Shown: positions 50,849 to 63,669 of the stretch, one piece after another | Layout of the letters: every line of letters starts with the position of its first letter | Position numbering within the stretch: the first letter of the stretch is position 1 | Assembly: GCA_964016885.1 (NCBI GenBank) | Contig: OZ024749.1 | Coordinates: forward strand, 21,328,001-21,392,000 | Source: Eledone cirrhosa | Lineage: Eukaryota | DNA: 64,000 bases | Direction of reading: 5' to 3' | Notes under the pieces: generated by a model | The model's database searches: none | What the model was told of the DNA's origin: nothing | Seen by the model: only the letters and a program-made list of their open reading frames with translations | Translations under genes and position numbers: made by a program

Positions 50849-52636
50849 GGTTAGGGTTAGTGTTAGTGGTAGGGTTAAGTTTAGGGTTAGGGTTATGGTT
50901 AGGGTTAGCGTTAGGATTAGGATTAGGGTTAGGGGTAGGGTTAGCGTTAATGTTAGGGTTAGGATTAGGATTAGGATTTAGGGTTAGGGTTAGGGTTAGG
51001 GTTAGGGTTAGCGTTAGGGTTAGGGTTAGGCTTAGGATTAGGATTTAGGGTTAGGCTTAGGGTTAGGTTTTGGGTTAGGGTTTAGGGTTATGGTTAGGGT
51101 TAGTGTTTAGGGTTAGTGTTAGAGTTAAGGTTGGGGTTATGGTTAGGGTTATGGTTAGGGTTATGGTTAATGTTTAGGGTTTAGTATATAGGGTTAGGGT
51201 TAGGCTTAGGGTTAGGGTTAAGGTTAGGATTAGGTTTAGTATTAGGGTTAGTGTTTAGGGTTAGGATTAGGGGTAGGGTTAAGTTTAGGGTTAGGGTTAG
51301 GGTTTGGGTTAGCGTTAGCGTTACTTTTAGGGTTAGGGTTAGGGGTAGGGTTAGCGTTAAGGTTAGGGTTAGGGTTAGGTTTAGCGGTAGGGTTAGGGTT
51401 AGGATTAGGATTTAGGGTTAGGGTTTAGTTTAGGTTTAAGCTTTTTTCATTATTTCGATTTTTTAAATTGTTCGATTGTTGCGATTCTTTCATTATTTCA
51501 TTTTAAAAAATTTTTTCGATTTTTTCATTTTTTCCTTTTTGGGATTTTTCCATTTTTTCGGTTTTTTCATTTTTTTATTTTTTCAATTTTTTAGCGTTAG
51601 GGTTAGGGTTAGGGTTAGGGTTAGGGTTAGGGTTAGGGTATAGGATTTAGGGTTTAGGTTTATGATTACGGTTAGGGTTAGGGTTAAGGTTAGTGTTGGT
51701 GTTACGGTTAGAGTTAGGGTTAGGGTCAGGGTTATGGTTAGGGTTAGGTTTAGGGTTAGCGTTAGGGTTAGGTTTAGGGTTAGGTTTAGGGGTAGGGTTA
51801 GCGTTAATGTTAGGGTTAGGGTTAGGGTTAGGGTTAAGGTGAGGGTTGGGATTTAGGGTTATGGTTAGGTTTATCGTTAGTGTTATGTTTAGGGTTAGGA
51901 TTAGAATTTAGAGTTAGGGTTAGGGTTAGGGTTAGGGTTAGGGTTAAAGTTAGGGTTAGGGTTTAGGATTTAGCGTTTAGGGTTAGGGTTAGGGTGAGGG
52001 TTAGTGTTAGGATTAGGGATACTGTTAGTGTTACGGTTATAATCAGGATTAGGGTAGGGTTTAGGGTTAGGTTTAGGGTTAGGTTTAGGGTTAGCGTTAC
52101 CGTTAGGATTTTTTATATTTTTTTACTTTTTCACTTTTTAAGTTTTTCAAATCTTTTCGATTTTTTCATTTTTTCATTTTCTCAATTTTTTAGCGTTAGG
52201 GTTCGGGTTAGTGTTAGCGGTGAGGTTACGGTTAGGGTTAGGGTTAGGATTAGGGTTTAGGATTTAGGGTTTAGGGTTAAGGTTAGGGTTAGTGTTAGGG
52301 TTAGTGTTAGTATTACGGTTAGAGTTAAGGTTAGGGTTGGGGTTTAGGGTTTAGGTTTTAGGGTTAGGGTTAGGTTTAGTGTTAGGGTTAGTGTTAGTGT
52401 TAGGGTTAGTGTTAGGGTTAGGGTTAAGTTTAGGGTTAGGGTTAGATTTATGGTTAGTGTTATGGTTAGGATTAGGTTTAGGGGTAGGGTTAGCGTTAAT
52501 GTTAGGGTTAGGGTTATTGTTAAGGTTAGGGTTAAGTTTAGGGTTATGGTTAAGGTTAGGGTTAGGGTTAGGGTTAGTGTTAGGGTTAGGATTTAGGATT
52601 TATGGTTTAGGGTTAGGGTAAGGGTCAGTGTTAGGG

Positions 52637-52676
<40 letters not shown>

Positions 52677-52757
52677 TGTTTAGGGTTAGGGTTAGGGGTA
52701 GGGTTAGCGTTAAGGTTAGGGTTAGGGTTAGGAGTAGGATTTAGGATTAGGTTTAGG
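47579..52757 (+). repeat. Higher-order repeat family H3, copy 1 (5179 bp)
   Basis: Offset to copy 2 is 5179 before ~48,500 (47936/53115) and 5167 after it (48633/53800, 49881/55048, 51662/56829, 52379/57546). The difference is 8 vs 6 TTAGGG units at 48,496-48,543. Confidence 0.95.
47950..49200 (+). repeat. ~625-635-bp internal tandem duplication inside the H3 unit
   Basis: ORFs 48009 and 48633 are near-identical; rare words TTAGTGGTAGGG, TTAAGGTTGGGG and TTAGTATATAGGG each occur twice here, and likewise in copies 2 and 3. Confidence 0.87.
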
Positions 52758-53140
52758 GTTAGGGTTAAGGTGAGGGTTAGCGTTTAGGGTTATGGTTAGG
52801 TTTAGCGTTAGGGTTAGGGTTAGGGTTAGGTTTAGGGTGTTTTTTTCATTTTTTCGAATTTTCAATTTTTAGATTTTTTCGATTTTTCTATTCTTAGATT
52901 TCATTTTTTAAATTTATTTCGAATTTTTCGAATTTTTCATTTTTTGAGTTTTAGATTTTTTCATTTTTTCGAATTTTTCATTTTTTTCGAAATTTCAATT
53001 TTACCATTTTTTCGATTTTTCTATTCTTAGATTTTTTTATTTTTCTTGGTTAGGGTTAAGGTTAGGGTTTAGGTTTAGGGTTTACGGTTAGGGTTAGGGT
53101 TAGGGTTAGGTTTAGTGTTAGGATTAGGTTTAGGGTTAGA

Positions 53141-53176
<36 letters not shown>

Positions 53177-53746
53177 GGTTAGGGTTAGTGTTAGTGGTAG
53201 GGTTAAGTTTAGGGTTAGGGTTATGGTTAGGGTTAGCGTTAGGATTAGGATTAGGGTTAGGGGTAGGGTTAGCGTTAATGTTAGGGTTAGGATTAGGATT
53301 AGGATTTAGGGTTAGGGTTAGGGTTAGGGTTAGCGTTAGGGTTAGGGTTAGGCTTAGGATTAGGATTTAGGGTTAGGCTTAGGGTTAGGTTTTGGGTTAG
53401 GGTTTAGGGTTAGGGTTAGTGTTAGTGTTTAGGGTTAGTGTTAGAGTTAAGGTTGGGGTTATGGTTAGGGTTATGGTTAGGGTTATGGTTAATGTTTAGG
53501 GTTTAGTATATAGGGTTAGGGTTAGGCTTAGGGTTAGGGTTAAGGTTAGGATTAGGTTTAGTATTAGGGTTAGTGTTTAGGGTTAGGATTAGGGGTAGGG
53601 TTAAGTTTAGGGTTAGGGTTAGGGTTAGGGTTAGGGTTAAGGGTTAGGGTTAGGGTTAGGATTAATGCTTAGCGTTAGGGTTAGGGTTAGGGTTAGGGTT
53701 AGGGTTAGGGTTAGGTCTAGTGTTAGGGTTACGGTTTAGGGTTAGA

Positions 53747-53782
<36 letters not shown>

Positions 53783-55465
53783 GGTTAGGGTTAGGGTTAG
53801 TGTTAGTGGTAGGGTTAAGTTTAGGGTTAGGGTTATGGTTAGGGTTAGCGTTAGGATTAGGATTAGGGTTAGGGGTAGGGTTAGCGTTAATGTTAGGGTT
53901 AGGGTTAGGGTTAGGATTAGGATTAGGATTTAGGGTTAGGGTTAGGGTTAGGGTTAGCGTTAGGGTTAGGGTTAGGCTTAGGATTAGGATTTAGGGTTAG
54001 GCTTAGGGTTAGGTTTTGGGTTAGGGTTTAGGGTTAGGGTTAGTGTTAGTGTTTAGGGTTAGTGTTAGAGTTAAGGTTGGGGTTATGGTTAGGGTTATGG
54101 TTAGGGTTATGGTTAATGTTTAGGGTTTAGTATATAGGGTTAGGGTTAGGCTTAGGGTTAGGGTTAAGGTTAGGATTAGGTTTAGTATTAGGATTAGTGT
54201 TTAGGGTTAGGATTAGGGGTAGGGTTAGGATTAATGCTTAGCGTTAGGGTTAGGGTTAGGGTTAAGGGTTAGGGTTAGGGTTAGGATTAATGCTTAGCGT
54301 TAGGGTTAGGGTTAGGGTTAGGGTTAGGGTTAGGGTTAGGGTTAGGGTTAGGTCTAGTGTTAGGGTTACGGTTTAGGGTTAGGGTTAGGGGTAGGGTTAA
54401 GTTTAGGGTTAGGGTTAGGGTTAGGGTTAGGGTTAAGGTTAGGGTTAGGGGTAGGGTTAGCGTTAAGTTTAGGGTTAGGGTTAGGGTTAGGGTTAGGATT
54501 TAGGGTTAGGGTTAGGGTTAGGATTAATGCTTAGCGTTTTGGGTTTAGGGTTAGGGTAAGGATTAGGGTTAGGGTTAGGGTTAGGTCTAGTGTTAGGGTT
54601 ACGGTTTAGGGTTAGGGTTAGGGGTAGGGTTAAGTTTAGGGTTAGGGTTAGGGTTATGGTTAGCGTTAGGGTTAGGGTTAGGGTTAGGGGTAGGGTTAGC
54701 GTTAAGTTTAGGGTTAGGGTTAGGGTTAGGGTTAGGATTTAGGGTTAGGGTTATGTTTAGGGTTAAGGTTTTTTCATTTTTACGATTTTTTCAATTTTTC
54801 GATTTTTTTCGATTTTTTCATTGTTTTAATGGGTTAGGGGTATGGATAGGGTTAGTGTTTAGGGTTTAGGGTTTAGGGTTATGGTTAGGGTTAGGGTTAG
54901 GGTTAGGGTTAGGGTTAAGGTTAGTGTTGGTGGTACGGTTGAGTTAGGGTTAAGGTTAGGGTTATGGTTAGGGTTAGGGTTAGGGTTAGGTTTAGGGTTA
55001 GAGTTAGGGTTAGGGTTTAGGATTTAGCGTTTAGGGTTAGGGTTAGGGTGAGGGTTAGTGTTAGGATTAGGGATACTGTTAGTGTTACGGTTAGAATCCG
55101 GATTAGGGTAGGGTTTAGGGTTAGGTTTAGGGTTAGCTTTAGCGTTAGGATTTTTTCGTTTTTTCAAATTTTTAATTTTTTTCGAATTTTATATTTTTTT
55201 ACATTTTCACTTTTTCTCTTTTTCGATTTTTTCGATTTTTTCATTATTTCATTTTAAAATTTTTTTTCGATTTTTTTATTTTTTCCTTGGGTTTTTCCAT
55301 TTTTTCGAATTTTTCATTTTTTCATTTTTTCAATTTTTTAGCGTTAGCGTTAGTGCTTCGGGTTTAGGGTTATGGTTAGGGTCAGGTTTAGGGTTAGGTT
55401 TAGTGTTAGGGTTATGGATATGGTTAGGATTAGGGTTAAGGTTACTGTTAGTGTTACGGTTAGAG

Positions 55466-55505
<40 letters not shown>

Positions 55506-55979
55506 TGGTTAGGGTTAGGTTTAGGGTTAGGTTTACGTTAGGGTAGGGTATAGGGTTAGGTTTAGGGGTAGGGTTAGCGTTAATGTTAGGGTTAGTGTTA
55601 GGGTTAAGGTGAGGGTTAGCGTTTAGGGTTATGGTTAGGTTTAGCGTTAGGGTTAGGGTTAGGGTTAGGTTTAGGGTGTTTTTTTCATTTTTTCGAATTT
55701 TCAATTTTTCGATTTTTTCGATTTTTCTATTCTTAGATTTCATTTTTTAAATTTATTTCGAATTTTTCGAATTTTTCATTTTTTGAGTTTTAGATTTTTT
55801 CATTTTTTCGAATTTTTCATTTTTTTCGAAATTTCAATTTTACCATTTTTTCGATTTTTCTATTCTTAGATTTTTTTTTTTTTCTTGGTTAGGGTTAAGG
55901 TTAGGGTTTAGGTTTAGGGTTTACGGTTAGGGTTAGGGTTAGGGTTAGGTTTAGTGTTAGGATTAGGTTTAGGGTTAGA

Positions 55980-56015
<36 letters not shown>

Positions 56016-57803
56016 GGTTAGGGTTAGTGTTAGTGGTAGGGTTAAGTTTAGGGTTAGGGTTATGGTTAGGGTTAGCGTTAGGATTAGGATTAGGGTTAGG
56101 GGTAGGGTTAGCGTTAATGTTAGGGTTAGGATTAGGATTAGGATTTAGGGTTAGGGTTAGGGTTAGGGTTAGGGTTAGCGTTAGGGTTAGGGTTAGGCTT
56201 AGGATTAGGATTTAGGGTTAGGCTTAGGGTTAGGTTTTGGGTTAGGGTTTAGGGTTATGGTTAGGGTTAGTGTTTAGGGTTAGTGTTAGAGTTAAGGTTG
56301 GGGTTATGGTTAGGGTTATGGTTAGGGTTATGGTTAATGTTTAGGGTTTAGTATATAGGGTTAGGGTTAGGCTTAGGGTTAGGGTTAAGGTTAGGATTAG
56401 GTTTAGTATTAGGGTTAGTGTTTAGGGTTAGGATTAGGGGTAGGGTTAAGTTTAGGGTTAGGGTTAGGGTTTGGGTTAGCGTTAGCGTTACTTTTAGGGT
56501 TAGGGTTAGGGGTAGGGTTAGCGTTAAGGTTAGGGTTAGGGTTAGGTTTAGCGGTAGGGTTAGGGTTAGGATTAGGATTTAGGGTTAGGGTTTAGTTTAG
56601 GTTTAAGCTTTTTTCATTATTTCGATTTTTTAAATTGTTCGATTGTTGCGATTCTTTCATTATTTCATTTTAAAAAATTTTTTCGATTTTTTCATTTTTT
56701 CCTTTTTGGGATTTTTCCATTTTTTCGGTTTTTTCATTTTTTTATTTTTTCAATTTTTTAGCGTTAGGGTTAGGGTTAGGGTTAGGGTTAGGGTTAGGGT
56801 TAGGGTATAGGATTTAGGGTTTAGGTTTATGATTACGGTTAGGGTTAGGGTTAAGGTTAGTGTTGGTGTTACGGTTAGAGTTAGGGTTAGGGTCAGGGTT
56901 ATGGTTAGGGTTAGGTTTAGGGTTAGCGTTAGGGTTAGGTTTAGGGTTAGGTTTAGGGGTAGGGTTAGCGTTAATGTTAGGGTTAGGGTTAGGGTTAGGG
57001 TTAAGGTGAGGGTTGGGATTTAGGGTTATGGTTAGGTTTATCGTTAGTGTTATGTTTAGGGTTAGGATTAGAATTTAGAGTTAGGGTTAGGGTTAGGGTT
57101 AGGGTTAGGGTTAAAGTTAGGGTTAGGGTTTAGGATTTAGCGTTTAGGGTTAGGGTTAGGGTGAGGGTTAGTGTTAGGATTAGGGATACTGTTAGTGTTA
57201 CGGTTATAATCAGGATTAGGGTAGGGTTTAGGGTTAGGTTTAGGGTTAGGTTTAGGGTTAGCGTTACCGTTAGGATTTTTTATATTTTTTTACTTTTTCA
57301 CTTTTTAAGTTTTTCAAATCTTTTCGATTTTTTCATTTTTTCATTTTCTCAATTTTTTAGCGTTAGGGTTCGGGTTAGTGTTAGCGGTGAGGTTACGGTT
57401 AGGGTTAGGGTTAGGATTAGGGTTTAGGATTTAGGGTTTAGGGTTAAGGTTAGGGTTAGTGTTAGGGTTAGTGTTAGTATTACGGTTAGAGTTAAGGTTA
57501 GGGTTGGGGTTTAGGGTTTAGGTTTTAGGGTTAGGGTTAGGTTTAGTGTTAGGGTTAGTGTTAGTGTTAGGGTTAGTGTTAGGGTTAGGGTTAAGTTTAG
57601 GGTTAGGGTTAGATTTATGGTTAGTGTTATGGTTAGGATTAGGTTTAGGGGTAGGGTTAGCGTTAATGTTAGGGTTAGGGTTATTGTTAAGGTTAGGGTT
57701 AAGTTTAGGGTTATGGTTAAGGTTAGGGTTAGGGTTAGGGTTAGTGTTAGGGTTAGGATTTAGGATTTATGGTTTAGGGTTAGGGTAAGGGTCAGTGTTA
57801 GGG

Positions 57804-57843
<40 letters not shown>

Positions 57844-57924
57844 TGTTTAGGGTTAGGGTTAGGGGTAGGGTTAGCGTTAAGGTTAGGGTTAGGGTTAGGA
57901 GTAGGATTTAGGATTAGGTTTAGG
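52758..57924 (+). repeat. Higher-order repeat family H3, copy 2 (5167 bp)
   Basis: All ORF-track entries recur at +5167 in copy 3 (53115/58282, 55330/60497, 57161/62328). Confidence 0.96.
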
Positions 57925-58307
57925 GTTAGGGTTAAGGTGAGGGTTAGCGTTTAGGGTTATGGTTAGGTTTAGCGTTAGGGTTAGGGTTAGGGTTAGGTTT
58001 AGGGTGTTTTTTTCATTTTTTCGAATTTTCAATTTTTAGATTTTTTCGATTTTTCTATTCTTAGATTTCATTTTTTAAATTTATTTCGAATTTTTCGAAT
58101 TTTTCATTTTTTGAGTTTTAGATTTTTTCATTTTTTCGAATTTTTCATTTTTTTCGAAATTTCAATTTTACCATTTTTTCGATTTTTCTATTCTTAGATT
58201 TTTTTATTTTTCTTGGTTAGGGTTAAGGTTAGGGTTTAGGTTTAGGGTTTACGGTTAGGGTTAGGGTTAGGGTTAGGTTTAGTGTTAGGATTAGGTTTAG
58301 GGTTAGA

Positions 58308-58343
<36 letters not shown>

Positions 58344-58913
58344 GGTTAGGGTTAGTGTTAGTGGTAGGGTTAAGTTTAGGGTTAGGGTTATGGTTAGGGT
58401 TAGCGTTAGGATTAGGATTAGGGTTAGGGGTAGGGTTAGCGTTAATGTTAGGGTTAGGATTAGGATTAGGATTTAGGGTTAGGGTTAGGGTTAGGGTTAG
58501 CGTTAGGGTTAGGGTTAGGCTTAGGATTAGGATTTAGGGTTAGGCTTAGGGTTAGGTTTTGGGTTAGGGTTTAGGGTTAGGGTTAGTGTTAGTGTTTAGG
58601 GTTAGTGTTAGAGTTAAGGTTGGGGTTATGGTTAGGGTTATGGTTAGGGTTATGGTTAATGTTTAGGGTTTAGTATATAGGGTTAGGGTTAGGCTTAGGG
58701 TTAGGGTTAAGGTTAGGATTAGGTTTAGTATTAGGGTTAGTGTTTAGGGTTAGGATTAGGGGTAGGGTTAAGTTTAGGGTTAGGGTTAGGGTTAGGGTTA
58801 GGGTTAAGGGTTAGGGTTAGAGTTAGGATTAATGCTTAGCGTTAGGGTTAGGGTTAGGGTTAGGGTTAGGGTTAGGGTTAGGTCTAGTGTTAGGGTTACG
58901 GTTTAGGGTTAGA

Positions 58914-58949
<36 letters not shown>

Positions 58950-60632
58950 GGTTAGGGTTAGGGTTAGTGTTAGTGGTAGGGTTAAGTTTAGGGTTAGGGT
59001 TATGGTTAGGGTTAGCGTTAGGATTAGGATTAGGGTTAGGGGTAGGGTTAGCGTTAATGTTAGGGTTAGGGTTAGGGTTAGGATTAGGATTAGGATTTAG
59101 GGTTAGGGTTAGGGTTAGGGTTAGCGTTAGGGTTAGGGTTAGGCTTAGGATTAGGATTTAGGGTTAGGCTTAGGGTTAGGTTTTGGGTTAGGGTTTAGGG
59201 TTAGGGTTAGTGTTAGTGTTTAGGGTTAGTGTTAGAGTTAAGGTTGGGGTTATGGTTAGGGTTATGGTTAGGGTTATGGTTAATGTTTAGGGTTTAGTAT
59301 ATAGGGTTAGGGTTAGGCTTAGGGTTAGGGTTAAGGTTAGGATTAGGTTTAGTATTAGGATTAGTGTTTAGGGTTAGGATTAGGGGTAGGGTTAGGATTA
59401 ATGCTTAGCGTTAGGGTTAGGGTTAGGGTTAAGGGTTAGGGTTAGGGTTAGGATTAATGCTTAGCGTTAGGGTTAGGGTTAGGGTTAGGGTTAGGGTTAG
59501 GGTTAGGGTTAGGGTTAGGTCTAGTGTTAGGGTTACGGTTTAGGGTTAGGGTTAGGGGTAGGGTTAAGTTTAGGGTTAGGGTTAGGGTTAGGGTTAGGGT
59601 TAAGGTTAGGGTTAGGGGTAGGGTTAGCGTTAAGTTTAGGGTTAGGGTTAGGGTTAGGGTTAGGATTTAGGGTTAGGGTTAGGGTTAGGATTAATGCTTA
59701 GCGTTTTGGGTTTAGGGTTAGGGTAAGGATTAGGGTTAGGGTTAGGGTTAGGTCTAGTGTTAGGGTTACGGTTTAGGGTTAGGGTTAGGGGTAGGGTTAA
59801 GTTTAGGGTTAGGGTTAGGGTTATGGTTAGCGTTAGGGTTAGGGTTAGGGTTAGGGGTAGGGTTAGCGTTAAGTTTAGGGTTAGGGTTAGGGTTAGGGTT
59901 AGGATTTAGGGTTAGGGTTATGTTTAGGGTTAAGGTTTTTTCATTTTTACGATTTTTTCAATTTTTCGATTTTTTTCGATTTTTTCATTGTTTTAATGGG
60001 TTAGGGGTATGGATAGGGTTAGTGTTTAGGGTTTAGGGTTTAGGGTTATGGTTAGGGTTAGGGTTAGGGTTAGGGTTAGGGTTAAGGTTAGTGTTGGTGG
60101 TACGGTTGAGTTAGGGTTAAGGTTAGGGTTATGGTTAGGGTTAGGGTTAGGGTTAGGTTTAGGGTTAGAGTTAGGGTTAGGGTTTAGGATTTAGCGTTTA
60201 GGGTTAGGGTTAGGGTGAGGGTTAGTGTTAGGATTAGGGATACTGTTAGTGTTACGGTTAGAATCCGGATTAGGGTAGGGTTTAGGGTTAGGTTTAGGGT
60301 TAGCTTTAGCGTTAGGATTTTTTCGTTTTTTCAAATTTTTAATTTTTTTCGAATTTTATATTTTTTTACTTTTTCACTTTTTCTCTTTTTCGATTTTTTC
60401 GATTTTTTCATTATTTCATTTTAAAATTTTTTTTCGATTTTTTTATTTTTTCCTTGGGTTTTTCCATTTTTTCGAATTTTTCATTTTTTCATTTTTTCAA
60501 TTTTTTAGCGTTAGCGTTAGTGCTTCGGGTTTAGGGTTATGGTTAGGGTCAGGTTTAGGGTTAGGTTTAGTGTTAGGGTTATGGATATGGTTAGGATTAG
60601 GGTTAAGGTTACTGTTAGTGTTACGGTTAGAG

Positions 60633-60672
<40 letters not shown>

Positions 60673-61146
60673 TGGTTAGGGTTAGGTTTAGGGTTAGGTT
60701 TACGTTAGGGTAGGGTATAGGGTTAGGTTTAGGGGTAGGGTTAGCGTTAATGTTAGGGTTAGTGTTAGGGTTAAGGTGAGGGTTAGCGTTTAGGGTTATG
60801 GTTAGGTTTAGCGTTAGGGTTAGGGTTAGGGTTAGGTTTAGGGTGTTTTTTTCATTTTTTCGAATTTTCAATTTTTCGATTTTTTCGATTTTTCTATTCT
60901 TAGATTTCATTTTTTAAATTTATTTCGAATTTTTCGAATTTTTCATTTTTTGAGTTTTAGATTTTTTCATTTTTTCGAATTTTTCATTTTTTTCGAAATT
61001 TCAATTTTACCATTTTTTCGATTTTTCTATTCTTAGATTTTTTTTTTTTTCTTGGTTAGGGTTAAGGTTAGGGTTTAGGTTTAGGGTTTACGGTTAGGGT
61101 TAGGGTTAGGGTTAGGTTTAGTGTTAGGATTAGGTTTAGGGTTAGA

Positions 61147-61182
<36 letters not shown>

Positions 61183-62970
61183 GGTTAGGGTTAGTGTTAG
61201 TGGTAGGGTTAAGTTTAGGGTTATGGTTATGGTTAGGGTTAGCGTTAGGATTAGGATTAGGGTTAGGGGTAGGATTAGCGTTAATGTTAGGGTTAGGATT
61301 AGGATTAGGATTTAGGGTTAGGGTTAGGGTTAGGGTTAGGGTTAGCGTTAGGGTTAGGGTTAGGCTTAGGATTAGGATTTAGGGTTAGGCTTAGGGTTAG
61401 GTTTTGGGTTAGGGTTTAGGGTTATGGTTAGGGTTAGTGTTTAGGGTTAGTGTTAGAGTTAAGGTTGGGGTTATGGTTAGGGTTATGGTTAGGGTTATGG
61501 TTAATGTTTAGGGTTTAGTATATAGGGTTAGGGTTAGGCTTAGGGTTAGGGTTAAGGTTAGGATTAGGTTTAGTATTAGGGTTAGTGTTTAGGGTTAGGA
61601 TTAGGGGTAGGGTTAAGTTTAGGGTTAGGGTTAGGGTTTGGGTTAGCGTTAGCGTTACTTTTAGGGTTAGGGTTAGGGGTAGGGTTAGCGTTAAGGTTAG
61701 GGTTAGGGTTAGGTTTAGCGGTAGGGTTAGGGTTAGGATTAGGATTTAGGGTTAGGGTTTAGTTTAGGTTTAAGCTTTTTTCATTATTTCGATTTTTTAA
61801 ATTGTTCGATTGTTGCGATTCTTTCATTATTTCATTTTAAAAAATTTTTTCGATTTTTTCATTTTTTCCTTTTTGGGATTTTTCCATTTTTTCGGTTTTT
61901 TCATTTTTTTATTTTTTCAATTTTTTAGCGTTAGGGTTAGGGTTAGGGTTAGGGTTAGGGTTAGGGTTAGGGTATAGGATTTAGGGTTTAGGTTTATGAT
62001 TACGGTTAGGGTTAGGGTTAAGGTTAGTGTTGGTGTTACGGTTAGAGTTAGGGTTAGGGTCAGGGTTATGGTTAGGGTTAGGTTTAGGGTTAGCGTTAGG
62101 GTTAGGTTTAGGGTTAGGTTTAGGGGTAGGGTTAGCGTTAATGTTAGGGTTAGGGTTAGGGTTAGGGTTAAGGTGAGGGTTGGGATTTAGGGTTATGGTT
62201 AGGTTTATCGTTAGTGTTATGTTTAGGGTTAGGATTAGAATTTAGAGTTAGGGTTAGGGTTAGGGTTAGGGTTAGGGTTAAAGTTAGGGTTAGGGTTTAG
62301 GATTTAGCGTTTAGGGTTAGGGTTAGGGTGAGGGTTAGTGTTAGGATTAGGGATACTGTTAGTGTTACGGTTATAATCAGGATTAGGGTAGGGTTTAGGG
62401 TTAGGTTTAGGGTTAGGTTTAGGGTTAGCGTTACCGTTAGGATTTTTTATATTTTTTTACTTTTTCACTTTTTAAGTTTTTCAAATCTTTTCGATTTTTT
62501 CATTTTTTCATTTTCTCAATTTTTTAGCGTTAGGGTTCGGGTTAGTGTTAGCGGTGAGGTTACGGTTAGGGTTAGGGTTAGGATTAGGGTTTAGGATTTA
62601 GGGTTTAGGGTTAAGGTTAGGGTTAGTGTTAGGGTTAGTGTTAGTATTACGGTTAGAGTTAAGGTTAGGGTTGGGGTTTAGGGTTTAGGTTTTAGGGTTA
62701 GGGTTAGGTTTAGTGTTAGGGTTAGTGTTAGTGTTAGGGTTAGTGTTAGGGTTAGGGTTAAGTTTAGGGTTAGGGTTAGATTTATGGTTAGTGTTATGGT
62801 TAGGATTAGGTTTAGGGGTAGGGTTAGCGTTAATGTTAGGGTTAGGGTTATTGTTAAGGTTAGGGTTAAGTTTAGGGTTATGGTTAAGGTTAGGGTTAGG
62901 GTTAGGGTTAGTGTTAGGGTTAGGATTTAGGATTTATGGTTTAGGGTTAGGGTAAGGGTCAGTGTTAGGG

Positions 62971-63010
<40 letters not shown>

Positions 63011-63105
63011 TGTTTAGGGTTAGGGTTAGGGGTAGGGTTAGCGTTAAGGTTAGGGTTAGGGTTTGGAGTAGGATTTAGGATTAGGTTTAGGGTTAGGGTT
63101 AAGGT
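57925..63105 (+). repeat. Higher-order repeat family H3, copy 3 (5167 bp plus terminal 14-bp junction homology)
   Basis: Identity to copy 2 ends after GTTAGGGTTAAGGT at 63,105, which is followed by TTTTC instead of GAGGG. Confidence 0.95.
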
Positions 63106-63625
63106 TTTTCATTTTTTCGATTTTTTCAATTTTTCGATTTTTTCGATTCTTTCATTATTTAATTTTAAAATTTTTTTTGGATTTTTTCATTTTTTTCCTT
63201 TTTGGGATTTTTCCATTTTTTCGAATTTTTCATTTTTTCATTTTTTTCAATTTTTTAGAGTTAGGGTTAGGGGTATGGATAGGGTTAGTGTTTAGGGTTT
63301 AGGGTTTAGAGTTATGGTTAGGGTTAGGGTTAGGGTTAGGATTTAGGGTTAGGGTTAGGGTTATAGTTAGGGTTAGGTTTAGGGTTAGGTTTCCGTTAGG
63401 GTAGGGTTTAGGGTTAGGTTTAGGGGTAGGGTTAGCGTTAATGTTAGGGTTAGTGTTAGGGTTAAGGTGAGGGTTAGGGTTTAGGGTTATGGTTAGGTTT
63501 AGCGTTAGGGTTAGAGTTAGGGTTAGGATTAGGTTTAGGTTTGTTTTTTCATTTTTTCTAATTTTCAATTTTTCGATTTTTTCGATTTTTTCATCATTTC
63601 ATTTTTTAAATTTATTTTATTTTTT

Positions 63626-63669
63626 CATTTTTTCATTTTTTCATTTTTTCATTTTTTCATTTTTTCATT
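63626..63669 (+). repeat. Perfect (CATTTTTT)5.5 microsatellite inside a T-rich spacer
   Basis: C at 63626, 63634, 63642, 63650, 63658 and 63666 (exact 8-bp period). Confidence 0.85.
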
